A DNA stretch of 64,000 bases from a virus, in the IMG/VR virus record IMGVR_UViG_3300023281_001622, positions 1-64,000 of that record. One strand, 5' to 3'. Position 1 is the first letter of the stretch. The number at the start of each line of letters is the position of its first letter. The notes beneath the pieces were generated by a model, which searched no databases, was not told where the DNA came from, and worked only from the letters and a program-made list of their open reading frames with translations. This document shows positions 30,105-39,798 of the stretch, one piece after another. Position numbers and translations under genes: made by a program.

Positions 30105-30229
30105 TTATTCATCCATTTCTTCTAGTGCTTCTATAGCTATTAACACTAACCATATGATGGCACTCATCACCCAAAAGGTGGCGAGTATGAATCCTGCATG
30201 CATGCATAGTTCTAGTGTATTCATGTTAT

Positions 30230-30508
30230 TTAATCGTATATGAATACAGGTTGTAGATTGATGTTTTGGTTGCTTGTCCACTCTTCAGATTCGATTTCTA
30301 ACGAGAATTTAGGGAAGTAGGAGTCCACTATTCCGTCATCATACATTTTGGTTAATTGTGGAAATTCTTCGATGTAGTGTTCGCTAAGCATGCTGGTTAG
30401 CCTTGTTTTGAATTGATTTTTTTCAGTAAGGTCAATTTTCAGCATTACACCGATCACTTCTTCGTTATGTGCTTCAGTGACTAGATAGTTGAATTTCATT
30501 TTTCTCAT
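30230..30508 (-). CDS. Hypothetical phage protein
   Basis: ORF in operon. Confidence 0.5.
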   Translation of the reverse strand: MRKMKFNYLVTEAHNEEVIGVMLKIDLTEKNQFKTRLTSMLSEHYIEEFPQLTKMYDDGIVDSYFPKFSLEIESEEWTSNQNINLQPVFIYD

Positions 30509-30698
30509 GTTTGTGGTATTTTGGGTTGCTTTTCCTCCATTCTAAAACTTCAGATATAGTTGATCGACCATCAGGCATGGGGAATCCTGATCGTTTCATT
30601 TTCAGTATAAATCTGTAATGCACACCCATAGCTACTGCGAGCTGCGTGGCATTGAGCAGGGTGATGTCTTTATCAATCTTCATATTCAGACCATTCAT
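30474..30698 (-). CDS. Excisionase-like winged-HTH protein
   Basis: LLNATQLAVAMGVH...MKRSGFPM...LEW pattern of MerR/AlpA-like small DNA binders. Confidence 0.55.
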   Translation of the reverse strand: MNGLNMKIDKDITLLNATQLAVAMGVHYRFILKMKRSGFPMPDGRSTISEVLEWRKSNPKYHKHEKNEIQLSSH

Positions 30699-30933
30699 AT
30701 CCTTCTGGTGGTAGTATTTCGTCTAGGTTTGTGCTGTGTGCGATGACGAAGGGTGTGATTTCTTTAATGCTTACATCTCCAAATTCTGTTTCTGCGCCCA
30801 TGACTAGAGCTTCCACAATATCTTCATTGAATTTGTTTGTTGTGATGTAGTATTCCCAAAAATTGGCAGTGATGTAGTGCTCTACAAACTCTACTTTTTC
30901 TTTGGTTTTTCTATGTATTGCTGTTTTGTTCAT
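30673..30933 (-). CDS. DUF2958-like small phage protein
   Basis: WEYYIT...ALVMG.ETEFG.VS..EI. Confidence 0.5.
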   Translation of the reverse strand: MNKTAIHRKTKEKVEFVEHYITANFWEYYITTNKFNEDIVEALVMGAETEFGDVSIKEITPFVIAHSTNLDEILPPEGYEWSEYED

Positions 30934-31158
30934 ATTTAGGTTTTGTAGCTGATAATGCCTTGTTCAAACCACTTGGTGTTCCATAGCTCTAGTATTAGCT
31001 TTGGATCGTAATCAGGAACTGCGGTGGCTTTGCACTCGCACTTGATCATTGTTGCACCAGGCTCATACCAAATCTTTGGTTTGTGGTGACAGAACATGCA
31101 CATTTCGATGTGCTTGTTGGGAATTAGGGAGAAGTTGTTGTCAGCTTTTTTTCTGACG

Positions 31159-31350
31159 TTATACTTCATTGGGCTCTGAAATGTCTGCCCAGACATGTTT
31201 CCAGCTATTGCCGTCAATGATGCCCTCGATGTAGGCATTGGCTTCTGGACGTGTTGAAAAGACGATACTGTCTGTTTGTTCTGGAGATATTTTACCTGTT
31301 GTTTCAAACACGAGAGCGTCGTCGTCGTATGCTAAGTTTACTACTATCAT
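31159..31350 (-). CDS. Hypothetical phage protein
   Basis: F.T..EA.AYIEG motif; overlaps neighbours. Confidence 0.5.
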   Translation of the reverse strand: MIVVNLAYDDDALVFETTGKISPEQTDSIVFSTRPEANAYIEGIIDGNSWKHVWADISEPNEV

Positions 31351-31553
31351 GGTCTGTATTCGTATTCGCGTTGAAGGTTTCTGTATTCTTGAGGGTCGGT
31401 GTGTAGAATTTTGTCCAACTCACTGAATAGGGAAAGTGCTGGGCCGCTTTTGATGCTGTTAATTCTGCTTACTAATTGGCGCACTCTTCCTGATGTGATC
31501 AGGTATTTATGACTGACATATTTAATGTCATTTTCGTTTAGGATATATCTCAT
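31347..31553 (-). CDS. Hypothetical phage protein
   Basis: ORF with 4-bp overlaps at both ends. Confidence 0.45.
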   Translation of the reverse strand: MRYILNENDIKYVSHKYLITSGRVRQLVSRINSIKSGPALSLFSELDKILHTDPQEYRNLQREYEYRP

Positions 31554-31818
31554 GATTTATTTATGATGTATTTTGACCACCATATGTCTGCTGCTTTAAT
31601 GGCATTGCTTGTTTCCTTATCTGGGTTATTTGGCATAGCGGCTATCAATGCTGACATGATGATTGCTGCTTCTTTTATACATTCACTAGCTTCATCAGGC
31701 GTAAGTCGTTTTCCGCTTGCTAGCTTGATTTGTTTCCATAGTGGACAGTCTTGTCTTTTACTTACTGTGCTACGATCTTCAGATCCTTTGCCACCATCCC
31801 ATTGTGCATATCTTTGAG

Positions 31819-32133
31819 TCATGTTGTTTGTATTGTAAATGTCACGGGTAGTTCTCCGCTTTTGATTAAGTTTTTGATTTTTCTTTTTTGGATTTGCAGG
31901 GCTGTTGGCAGATCTTTGCTGACTCCTGCATAGATTGACTTGCCTTTGTAAGGGACATTGACAGTCCATCTGCTCTTCTCAAACTGCCAGTAGATGCCTG
32001 TGTGTCCGCTTTTGGCACGTTTGCTGGTCTTGGTTGGCTGTATGGCTCTGAGAGCTGATGTGGCTCGTTGTAGGGCTTCCCACTCTCTAGGAGAGTAGTT
32101 TAGCTTCTTAGCTGTTTTCATGTTGTTTTCCAT
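31819..32133 (-). CDS. AP2-like DNA-binding domain protein
   Basis: KSGHTGIYW...RW.V...KGKSIYAG. Confidence 0.55.
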   Translation of the reverse strand: MENNMKTAKKLNYSPREWEALQRATSALRAIQPTKTSKRAKSGHTGIYWQFEKSRWTVNVPYKGKSIYAGVSKDLPTALQIQKRKIKNLIKSGELPVTFTIQTT

Positions 32134-32419
32134 AAGTGCTTTCTATTTCTTTTTGAAGGTTGGCTAATGCTCGCCACGCCACTTTAGTGCTGTGTAACAC
32201 TCCGTCATCGTCAACTGTCCCTGCATCCATCATATGTCTGGATAGGGCGTCTAGTTCATCACCTGACTTGCTTCTGTCCCAATGTAGTTCTGTGCCTGGA
32301 TTATGTTGCTCGTTACCAATAAATGAGCATGCTGCTACAGCTTTTATGGCATCAGGGAAGTATTGTAATACTCCTGTATAGATAGGTGTTTGTTTTCTGC
32401 GTGTTGTCTTGTCCATCAA
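32108..32419 (-). CDS. DUF5664-like (dATP/dGTP diphosphohydrolase-type) protein
   Basis: GVL.YFPDA..AVA..S..GNEQHNPG..LHWDRSKS.DE.DAL.RH...H..KVAWRALA. Confidence 0.7.
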   Translation of the reverse strand: MMDKTTRRKQTPIYTGVLQYFPDAIKAVAACSFIGNEQHNPGTELHWDRSKSGDELDALSRHMMDAGTVDDDGVLHSTKVAWRALANLQKEIESTYGKQHENS

Positions 32420-32509
32420 ATGGGGTGGTTAATATTGGTGAGTATGAGTTAAGCTGTTTGTTAGTCTTTTTATCTTGCGATTATGTTTTTCTGTTTTAAG
32501 AGTTGAAGT

Positions 32510-32821
32510 ATGGCTTCAAAACGAAAACAAAACAAAAGAGGTAAGCGTTACACAGAGAAGGAACGATGTGATGCAATTGAGATGGTCAGAGAATATAACA
32601 AAGACAACATTCGAGGTGGTTTGACATATGCATCTAAGCAGTTGTCTATCAGTCAGGTAACACTTAGAGGTTGGTTGAACTCAACAGATATTGAGACTGG
32701 TTGTGGAGAAGCGGCGGCTTTTCGACGTTTGGCTAAGTTGGCTGACGAGGTGGACGCTTTGAAGCGACAGTTGTCTGCTAAAGAAAAAGAATACCATGAT
32801 TACAAAGCATCATTGTTTTAA
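32510..32821 (+). CDS. Counter-oriented HTH DNA-binding protein with C-terminal coiled coil
   Basis: GKRYT..E...RGG...ASKQLSIS..TL..W followed by a heptad tail. Confidence 0.6.
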   Translation: MASKRKQNKRGKRYTEKERCDAIEMVREYNKDNIRGGLTYASKQLSISQVTLRGWLNSTDIETGCGEAAAFRRLAKLADEVDALKRQLSAKEKEYHDYKASLF

Positions 32822-33084
32822 ATGTTCAGAATCTTTTGCATGTTGTTAAGATGATCGTCTTCATCGTCTAGGTCGCTGATTTTGTTGTTGAGTAGTGTTT
32901 CTACTATCAGGCCAAACATGTTGATTTCACGATCGCATTGATTTCCTGCTATTTTGTATTTTTTTCTTAGCGTCATCCAACCAGTGACTGAAAGAACAAT
33001 CACATTGTGACTATTCCTAATGGTGGAGTCTCCTTCTCTGTATCTGAACGGAGGTTTGTTTAGGGGATTGTAACTGTTTTTCAT
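32818..33084 (-). CDS. Hypothetical phage protein
   Basis: ATG ORF. Confidence 0.45.
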   Translation of the reverse strand: MKNSYNPLNKPPFRYREGDSTIRNSHNVIVLSVTGWMTLRKKYKIAGNQCDREINMFGLIVETLLNNKISDLDDEDDHLNNMQKILNI

Positions 33085-33094
33085 GGTTGGATAG

Positions 33095-33135
33095 TCTCTA
33101 CCCTCACGAGAAGCATGTAACCGTAAGGGTAGAGA
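33095..33135 (-). terminator. Hairpin (terminator-like) after the SSB-like gene
   Basis: TCTCTACCCT...AGGGTAGAGA inverted repeat. Confidence 0.5.
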
Positions 33136-33142
33136 ATTAGTG

Positions 33143-33499
33143 TTATCCGAATGGATTACTTGATGCTACAGCTGCTTGTGGCGCTGCTTGTGCTTGGGGT
33201 GGAGCTACAGAATTGGCACTCAATTCTTGCACAATTGCATTCACGAAGGTTTTACGTTGATCACCCCACCTTTTACTTTCCAGCTTACAGGTGGCTGTGA
33301 CTCGTGATCCTGGTGCAATACCAAGTTGCTCAGGGAGATCCATTCTCTCATATTGCAATTCTAGATCCCATTCGCTTGGGCGTTTGCCAGCAACTGTCAC
33401 TTCGATAATCCGTTTGGAAAATTTTGGTGAGATTTGCTGTTTTTCGCCAATGCGTTCAACTGTTCCTACGATCGTAGCTTCTACGTTTTCGTTATTCAT
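33143..33499 (-). CDS. OB-fold single-stranded DNA-binding-like protein (DUF3127-like)
   Basis: I.G.V..IG..QQIS.KF.KR...V...L.S.RW..K.F plus a Pro/Gln/Ala tail ending NPFG. Confidence 0.65.
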   Translation of the reverse strand: MNNENVEATIVGTVERIGEKQQISPKFSKRIIEVTVAGKRPSEWDLELQYERMDLPEQLGIAPGSRVTATCKLESKRWGDQRKTFVNAIVQELSANSVAPPQAQAAPQAAVASSNPFG

Positions 33500-33767
33500 G
33501 TTTTTCTTTTATTATGTTTAGGCTTCTTGCCTGTGTAAGCACCTTAGACGTGCTTAAAATTCTGTTGGGGCATACTCTAGCATCAATGCTTTGCCGTCTT
33601 CTTTGACGACGTAAACTGCGTCGAGGTGATCCCATGAGTTGTTTTTTTTGTTTTGCTGACTTGAACACGGAGTGTTGATTGTGCCTCCTGGCTCTAAGTC
33701 ATCTGTTGTTGCTTTAATGGAAGCTCCGCAAAACGGGCCTCCTACTAATTCGATATAATCTTTTTTT

Positions 33768-34625
33768 TTATCCATTGGGTTTATTGACAAACACAGCGTG
33801 ACTGTTGTGTTGTGGGCATACGTGTGAAAATTCGCACCAGCTTTCGCATCGGATGCACCCACCACGTCTGAAGTCGATTTCTTCTCCTTGCTTTAGCTCT
33901 TTGAGCGCTTCTTCACTAGATTTGCATAGCTTGCGTGCTCGTTTGTTTTTGGGTTTTTTGAGTGCCCATGTGTCTGGTCTTTTCCAGCGTTCTTCGTCTG
34001 TGCATGGTGTGTTGATGCCTTTTTTAGCTCTGACGTGTAATGTCAGTCGTTCGACGATGAATTTCTCTATTACTTCTAGATTGAATGGAGCTTGGTTGAC
34101 TAGGAGCTGAATGTTTGGAGTTTGAGGGTATGATTTTTGAGTTTCTGCAATAGAAGGATTCCAATCTCTAAACCAGTATTCGACATATGCTTGATCTACG
34201 TTCACACCATTCATGATTGCCAACCATGCGTTGACATAGGCTTGATTTACGTGATCTGGTTTAGGCTTGTTTTCTTTGGGTCTGCCGTTGGTTAGTATGA
34301 ACTTGTAGTCGTTCAATACGTTGTCGTGGATGAAGTCAGGCTTGCCTCCGAGCTTGTATTTCTCCCCATCAATAATAAATTCGTGATAGAATCTTTTCTC
34401 AATAATTGCTTCTTTGGGGGCTAGAGTTTCCAGATAAGCATGCAAAGCTGTGCCTAGTAGGGACATATACCCTTTGTATATGGGCATTGCTTTACTGTCG
34501 TGAATTTGATTGAGATAAGTAAGTTGTGGTGGCTTAAGTATCTCTGTGACACTGAAGTCTGCGCCTTCTTTACTGTAGTTGTCAGTGCTAAGAGCAGTGA
34601 TGAGTAGGTTGGATGGTAGTGGCAT
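33768..34625 (-). CDS. PD-(D/E)XK exonuclease (Cas4/RecB-like)
   Basis: GTALH, GKPD, DYKF, Q...Y-like motif and C-terminal C..WC....C cluster. Confidence 0.75.
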   Translation of the reverse strand: MPLPSNLLITALSTDNYSKEGADFSVTEILKPPQLTYLNQIHDSKAMPIYKGYMSLLGTALHAYLETLAPKEAIIEKRFYHEFIIDGEKYKLGGKPDFIHDNVLNDYKFILTNGRPKENKPKPDHVNQAYVNAWLAIMNGVNVDQAYVEYWFRDWNPSIAETQKSYPQTPNIQLLVNQAPFNLEVIEKFIVERLTLHVRAKKGINTPCTDEERWKRPDTWALKKPKNKRARKLCKSSEEALKELKQGEEIDFRRGGCIRCESWCEFSHVCPQHNSHAVFVNKPNG

Positions 34626-34626
34626 A

Positions 34627-34827
34627 TTAGTTTATGCAGATTGCATTAGGGTTTTTTGAACTTGCGTTGAATTCACCATCTTTTTTTTCACCAACGATTG
34701 GTGTGTAGATAACATTATTGAAGTCATTGCCTTCATCATCAGTTGCAAAGATGACATCCATGTCGTCTAATTCTCCATCTGATGATGCTAGGTTGTTCAA
34801 TGCGTTGAGGTATTGATGAAATTTCAT
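34627..34827 (-). CDS. Small phage protein
   Basis: VIFATDDEGN motif. Confidence 0.55.
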   Translation of the reverse strand: MKFHQYLNALNNLASSDGELDDMDVIFATDDEGNDFNNVIYTPIVGEKKDGEFNASSKNPNAICIN

Positions 34828-35366
34828 TGTTGTGATTTTAAGAGGTGTTTTAGAATGGTTTCTTTTCTGGTCTTTGTGTTTTTAGATGTTTCTAGGTTCC
34901 ATATGTTTTGTTTCCGCATGTAGCCCACTTGTGTTTTGGCAGGTTGTTTCATGATGCGTATGGTTTCTTTGTGTGCTTTGGCTTCATCGAAGCTCACTCC
35001 TAGTTTTTCTGCATAAGTGTGAGTTTTGTGACAAGGTTTACACAACAGTCTGTATCCACCTGCTGGGTGGAGCATTCTTTCCATGAACAAACCGACGTCT
35101 TCCCAGTCTTTCAAACTCCCAGCAGGTATGATGTGATCGACTTCGATCTTGCTTTGGGCGTAGTCTTTATTGCAAAACTCACAGGTTATTACTTTTTTGG
35201 CTCTGCTACCTCTGGGAGCTGGCTTAGCTGCTTGCCGTTTGATGTAGTTTTTAATGGGATTACGTGACCATAATCCACGACGGATTTGACCACGCACCCA
35301 ACTGAAGTAAGCTGCTTTTGTTTTCCAGATGCTACCTTCGTGTTCCCACGGCTCAACGTTGCTCAT
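34824..35366 (-). CDS. HNH endonuclease
   Basis: CEFC...EVDHIIP...LCKPCH. Confidence 0.8.
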   Translation of the reverse strand: MSNVEPWEHEGSIWKTKAAYFSWVRGQIRRGLWSRNPIKNYIKRQAAKPAPRGSRAKKVITCEFCNKDYAQSKIEVDHIIPAGSLKDWEDVGLFMERMLHPAGGYRLLCKPCHKTHTYAEKLGVSFDEAKAHKETIRIMKQPAKTQVGYMRKQNIWNLETSKNTKTRKETILKHLLKSQQ

Positions 35367-35605
35367 GAGTTTGTTAATGCTGCCGCTTCTTCATGACTAA
35401 TCATGCCTTTTCGCCAGATTTCTAATCCCCAACGTGTATTTACGATTGCGAAATCTACATTGTGCATGTCTTTGATGACACGTTGTAGTAACGTCACTTC
35501 TTGTTCTTTGTAGGGAAGTGTAAGTTTTTCGTAGCCGTAGTTTTTCGCGGCTGTTTCTTCAATGGCTACACTACTATATGTTTCGTAACGTTTCTTGTTG
35601 CTCAC
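35363..35605 (-). CDS. Hypothetical phage protein
   Basis: GTG ORF, 4-bp overlap. Confidence 0.5.
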   Translation of the reverse strand: MSNKKRYETYSSVAIEETAAKNYGYEKLTLPYKEQEVTLLQRVIKDMHNVDFAIVNTRWGLEIWRKGMISHEEAAALTNS

Positions 35606-35810
35606 AGTAATTTAGTTCGTGCTTGAAGGTTCAGTGTATTGCTATGACGTTTGGCGATTTCTTTTCTTCGCATTCTGTTCTGATATATCAGTGTGATATT
35701 GGTAATCAGTATCAAAAAACAAAGAGCAGATCCGACGAACATTAGGGTATGTAAGGATGGTAGCATGTTTGTAGTATAGTTGACTTATGTTATCTATTAA
35801 GATATATCTA

Positions 35811-36392
35811 ATGTATATGTGTGGTAGATATAATACAAACAAAAACTTCCCTCGCCCATACACGTGGAATGAACAGGGAGAGTCACTTACAGTAAAAACT
35901 CTTGGTGAGTTATTAAGATTTGTTTCTGCTGTCAGAATACAGCGTGGAGGTGATTTACAGCCTGGATGGCAAGATCGCATTTGTAATCAGATATGTGAAG
36001 ATCCCATCATGAAATTCAACTGTTCTCAAACAGGTGGACATGATGTCAGGGAGATACAAGCATCTGATGTAAAACGCTTTTTCACTACAGTTGCCAAATG
36101 GGCATCTGATGGTGGCACTATGGTGGATTCTGGGGAAGCAGAACGAAGGGCTAGTATATGTGCTGCCTGTCCACAGAACGTGCCTATACGGGGGTGTATG
36201 GGCTGTTCTACTATACTACCAAAACTGTTGAAGGTTATTGGTGGTGCGACTACTAGCAAAGACGCACTCTTAAAGGGCTGTAAAATTTGTGGTTGTGAAC
36301 TTAAAGCTAAGGTTCACTTGCCATCTGACGTGATGGTGGATGGAGAATCTAATTTTCCAGAGCATTGCTGGATTAGGACGGAACAGGAGTAA
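35811..36392 (+). CDS. Cys-rich putative metal-binding protein (paralog of 8674-9267), counter-oriented
   Basis: RASICAACP, GCMGC, GCKICGCELKAK and FPEHCW; start uncertain. Confidence 0.7.
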   Translation: MYMCGRYNTNKNFPRPYTWNEQGESLTVKTLGELLRFVSAVRIQRGGDLQPGWQDRICNQICEDPIMKFNCSQTGGHDVREIQASDVKRFFTTVAKWASDGGTMVDSGEAERRASICAACPQNVPIRGCMGCSTILPKLLKVIGGATTSKDALLKGCKICGCELKAKVHLPSDVMVDGESNFPEHCWIRTEQE

Positions 36393-36398
36393 TTATTC

Positions 36399-38228
36399 TC
36401 AAGAAAGATCAGCAAAAGGTTCAGGTGCTAATGGCTTGATGGTGAATCGTTGTGAGTTTTTATCAAACCACAGATTTTCCATAGGGTATTCTCCTGTTGC
36501 ACGTTGTTTGCGACAGTAGATTTTGCCATCTGGTATGCTACGATCGAAATTACGAATGTCTAGAGCGTCACGTCCATCTTTAGTCATTTCAGCTATGTCT
36601 TCGTGTTTTTTGGCATTGCGCCACACTGTGACAATGTTTTCTGGTATGTCACCCCACTCACTTGCACCGCGAATGTCTGCCACTGTTTGAGGACTAGCTG
36701 AGTCTTCTCTGTTGCCGCTTTTACGTGGGTGAGCGATGACGAACAGGTGTATGGGGTAGTCTTTGGTGAACTTACGGAACAAGTGTGCAATATTGGCTTG
36801 TTCAGCGTTATTGTCACGATTGCTATCTAGGGACATCACGTTATCCACTACAAACCTATTGATGCCTTTGCGTTTGTGAGCGTATGTGAATGTTTCGATT
36901 AGCTTTATGGGGTCTGTGCGGTCTACTGAGTTGTAGATTGTGATGAATGGAGCTAATGCATTGAATGCTTTGTTATATTCATCTCGATCATGAGCGATGT
37001 TTTTGTTGGCACTGAATTGTTTGAGCATACTTGCTAATGTCATTGTGCTCATTTGTTCGAAGCTGGCAATGGTGGTTTGTATTTGCCTGGATGCATCGAA
37101 TGCTATTTGATTTGAAATAAACTGGCTTTTACCTTGGCCTGTGAGACCAAATATAAGTGTCATTTCATGCGGGCGAATACGCAAGTCGAAGTTGGGCACG
37201 AAGTATTCATCACCTGTGTTTTCGAATCCGTTAAGTAGTAGCTCATAGGTTGATTCTACTAAGCTTGTAGCTTGTATTAGCTCGCCTGATTCTGGTGTTG
37301 CTGCTGTTTCGAAGGCTTTGATTAAAGATTCATTTTCGCCTTTGTCGTTTTGTAATACATCACTTGCATCTTTTTTGTTAAGGTTGATGATCTTACATTT
37401 GTGAATGCCTAGACGCTTGATGACTTCATTGCCCGCTGTTTGACCTTCGTCATCCATGTCAAATGACAGGTATATGGTGTGAAATTGTTGTAGGTATTCC
37501 CAGTCTTCATTTATCCATTGATGGTTTTTGGCTCCAGAGGGGATGCTCACTGCTGGTAAACCAGCTTCATAGTATGACATAGCATCCCAGCGTCCTTCTG
37601 TAATAATCAGGGAGCCTTTGGTTTCGTTTGGTGACACTGTCTTTTTGCCAAATAGATTATGTCTGCAATTTTTAGATGACCAAATTTTCTTTTCTCTTGT
37701 GTCACTGTATTCAGCTTTGGTGATGTTATCATTGGCATCCATGCTAAGAAAGCATGTGACGTTTGGATCGCGTTTTAGGGATTTGACTTCATAGGCTGAT
37801 AATGTGTCTTTGGTGATGTAACGTTTTTCGATAGCGTATTTAATCACTTCTTTACTAAGTCTAGCGTAAGACTCGTCATCTGCTAGCCTACGTGGCTTTT
37901 GTAGGTTTTGTGGCTCATACTTGCGTTTGGTGCAACTCGTGTAATTGCATCCAAGCCATTCTATTGCACCACCGTAGTCTAGGTTTTTGACACTTTCTAT
38001 AAGGCTAATCAGGTCGCCTTTTTCGCCAGTAGCGTGGTCATAGTATGCTCCGAATTTGCTTGGATCTAATGATATAGACATGCTGCTACCTTTTTCACCA
38101 TCAACACTACCTAGCCTAGCTTCGGCTCCTTTGTATTTAGCTTCTGGGTAGATGTCTGATATGATGGCTTTGATGTTTTGTGAGCATGATTGTTTAACTT
38201 CACTAGCGTCGTAATATTCTTTGAGCAT
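36399..38228 (-). CDS. T7 gp4/Twinkle-like primase-helicase
   Basis: TOPRIM (ITEG..DAMS, FDMDDEG), Walker A (GLTGQGKS), VVDN, HPRK, DIRGA and KQR motifs. Confidence 0.92.
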   Translation of the reverse strand: MLKEYYDASEVKQSCSQNIKAIISDIYPEAKYKGAEARLGSVDGEKGSSMSISLDPSKFGAYYDHATGEKGDLISLIESVKNLDYGGAIEWLGCNYTSCTKRKYEPQNLQKPRRLADDESYARLSKEVIKYAIEKRYITKDTLSAYEVKSLKRDPNVTCFLSMDANDNITKAEYSDTREKKIWSSKNCRHNLFGKKTVSPNETKGSLIITEGRWDAMSYYEAGLPAVSIPSGAKNHQWINEDWEYLQQFHTIYLSFDMDDEGQTAGNEVIKRLGIHKCKIINLNKKDASDVLQNDKGENESLIKAFETAATPESGELIQATSLVESTYELLLNGFENTGDEYFVPNFDLRIRPHEMTLIFGLTGQGKSQFISNQIAFDASRQIQTTIASFEQMSTMTLASMLKQFSANKNIAHDRDEYNKAFNALAPFITIYNSVDRTDPIKLIETFTYAHKRKGINRFVVDNVMSLDSNRDNNAEQANIAHLFRKFTKDYPIHLFVIAHPRKSGNREDSASPQTVADIRGASEWGDIPENIVTVWRNAKKHEDIAEMTKDGRDALDIRNFDRSIPDGKIYCRKQRATGEYPMENLWFDKNSQRFTIKPLAPEPFADLS

Positions 38229-38323
38229 GATTGTTTATTGGAGCGTGGACAGGCTTCTATTTATCCCTGTCAGGTGAATTATGTAACTACGTGTAACAAG
38301 ACGCGATGTATTACCTCTCAGAG

Positions 38324-39040
38324 TTATTTTACGTTTTTGTAAACTTCCAGATTAGGTTCTATCTGAAGGACGATTTTTTGTTTGCTTATTAAATCGTCTG
38401 TAAGGGCGTTCTCTTTTACTTTTGTTACTATTTCGTTGAAAGACACGCATATGTATAGCGGCTCTTTCTCTTTCTTGGCGTCTTCGATGGCATTAAGCAC
38501 ATCCATTGCGTCGAGATCTTCAAGCAGATCCACTTCGTCTTTTTTGACGAGGGATGTTAGTGCTCTTGTCTCTTTCACTGTGAGTTTGTGCTCTAGAGCT
38601 TTTTGGAGAATCAAAGATTTTTGTTCATCACTTAAACCTTTGGCGTAATGAACTTCTTTGTGGTGAGTGAAGGATAATCCCTCTACTCGCCTGTCTCCCC
38701 ACCCTAGAAACACAGACTCACTTGTCATCAGCGTGTGATAAGATTTGTCAGTAGCTTCGATTACAAATGATGGGTCGTAGTTATCACCGAAATGATCACG
38801 ACACACCAAGACGATGTTACCTAGCAACCAACATGATTGATCTTCAATATAGTTGGCTGCGTCTTTTAGGTTTACGATTAGATTAGTGACACTATAGCAT
38901 TCTTCTAGTGTGGGTGGATTATGTTGATCAATTACCCATTTTTCATCGTCGTATACGAAGTTTGATGCCAGCTCTACTGCCACTGTGTCGATAGCAGTGG
39001 AGCTGTTTAGTGCTGTGATTGGGTTTATAGCGTTACTCAT
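38324..39040 (-). CDS. Putative DNA-binding protein (LmbU-like)
   Basis: WLLGN...LSFTHH.EV...L..A....LTV.E.R pattern. Confidence 0.45.
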   Translation of the reverse strand: MSNAINPITALNSSTAIDTVAVELASNFVYDDEKWVIDQHNPPTLEECYSVTNLIVNLKDAANYIEDQSCWLLGNIVLVCRDHFGDNYDPSFVIEATDKSYHTLMTSESVFLGWGDRRVEGLSFTHHKEVHYAKGLSDEQKSLILQKALEHKLTVKETRALTSLVKKDEVDLLEDLDAMDVLNAIEDAKKEKEPLYICVSFNEIVTKVKENALTDDLISKQKIVLQIEPNLEVYKNVK

Positions 39041-39588
39041 TATGGGAGCAGTTTTTCACCAAACCAGGCTTTAGGGACAAATTCTAAGAAGCCAATTGCT
39101 GCTTGGTGTGCCTGTTCTGGTGTTACGCCTTCTACCTGTTTCATTTTATTTAGGGTGTCTACGTAGTATTTGCCATAGTAGCTTTGTAGTTGGTCTACGC
39201 TGTATGGTGGGGACGGTGGTTCAATTGCTTGAACTGTATGTTGTGTTGTTACTGTATTTTCCATGGTTTCTTTTTTTGGTTGGATGATTGCAAATTTGTC
39301 ACATTGAATGCTGAAGTCTTTTTTGTATATATTGACTGATACGCCTTTGAGTCCGTCAGGTGTTATTGCTGATTGGACACTGTAGGGGGTGTTATCTTTG
39401 AGATTGTTTGTTTGGCTCTCGTGAAATATTCGCAATGTTGAATTTGTGAATCCACTTGTGCAATTTATGTTGTATATACTTACGAAGTTTTCTTTGAGCG
39501 GGTATGTTCCTTTTTTGTTGATTACGTTTACGTTTACTGAAGGGATTGATGATTTGTTTGGTAGGGTGAGTGCTTCGGCTAGATTCAT
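39040..39588 (-). CDS. Hypothetical protein (possible OB-fold)
   Basis: ORF abutting the downstream gene. Confidence 0.45.
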   Translation of the reverse strand: MNLAEALTLPNKSSIPSVNVNVINKKGTYPLKENFVSIYNINCTSGFTNSTLRIFHESQTNNLKDNTPYSVQSAITPDGLKGVSVNIYKKDFSIQCDKFAIIQPKKETMENTVTTQHTVQAIEPPSPPYSVDQLQSYYGKYYVDTLNKMKQVEGVTPEQAHQAAIGFLEFVPKAWFGEKLLP

Positions 39589-39798
39589 GTTTGTTGTGAT
39601 TATTGATAATCGTTAAGATATCTATTGCTAATACTTCTATATATTCTTTTACTAATGATTCATCTTGTTTTTCGAAGAATTCACATTTGTATTTCATGAT
39701 GAAGTTGTTGAGTTTTTCATCACTCCATTTATAGTGATCGTCAGGAAGAATACGGCACAAGTAGTGTCCACTTGCTCTGATCAGGGCTTGATTATAAG

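Noticed and set aside
32108-32419. Modified-base (dZ or 7-deazaguanine) DNA pathway
   Set aside because: DUF5664-like gene only; no purZ, queCDE/folE or dpdA recognisable in the window
32510-32821. IS3-family transposase OrfA
   Set aside because: No OrfB/DDE gene or terminal inverted repeats
33768-34625. CRISPR cas4
   Set aside because: Stand-alone PD-(D/E)XK nuclease in a replication module with no other cas genes
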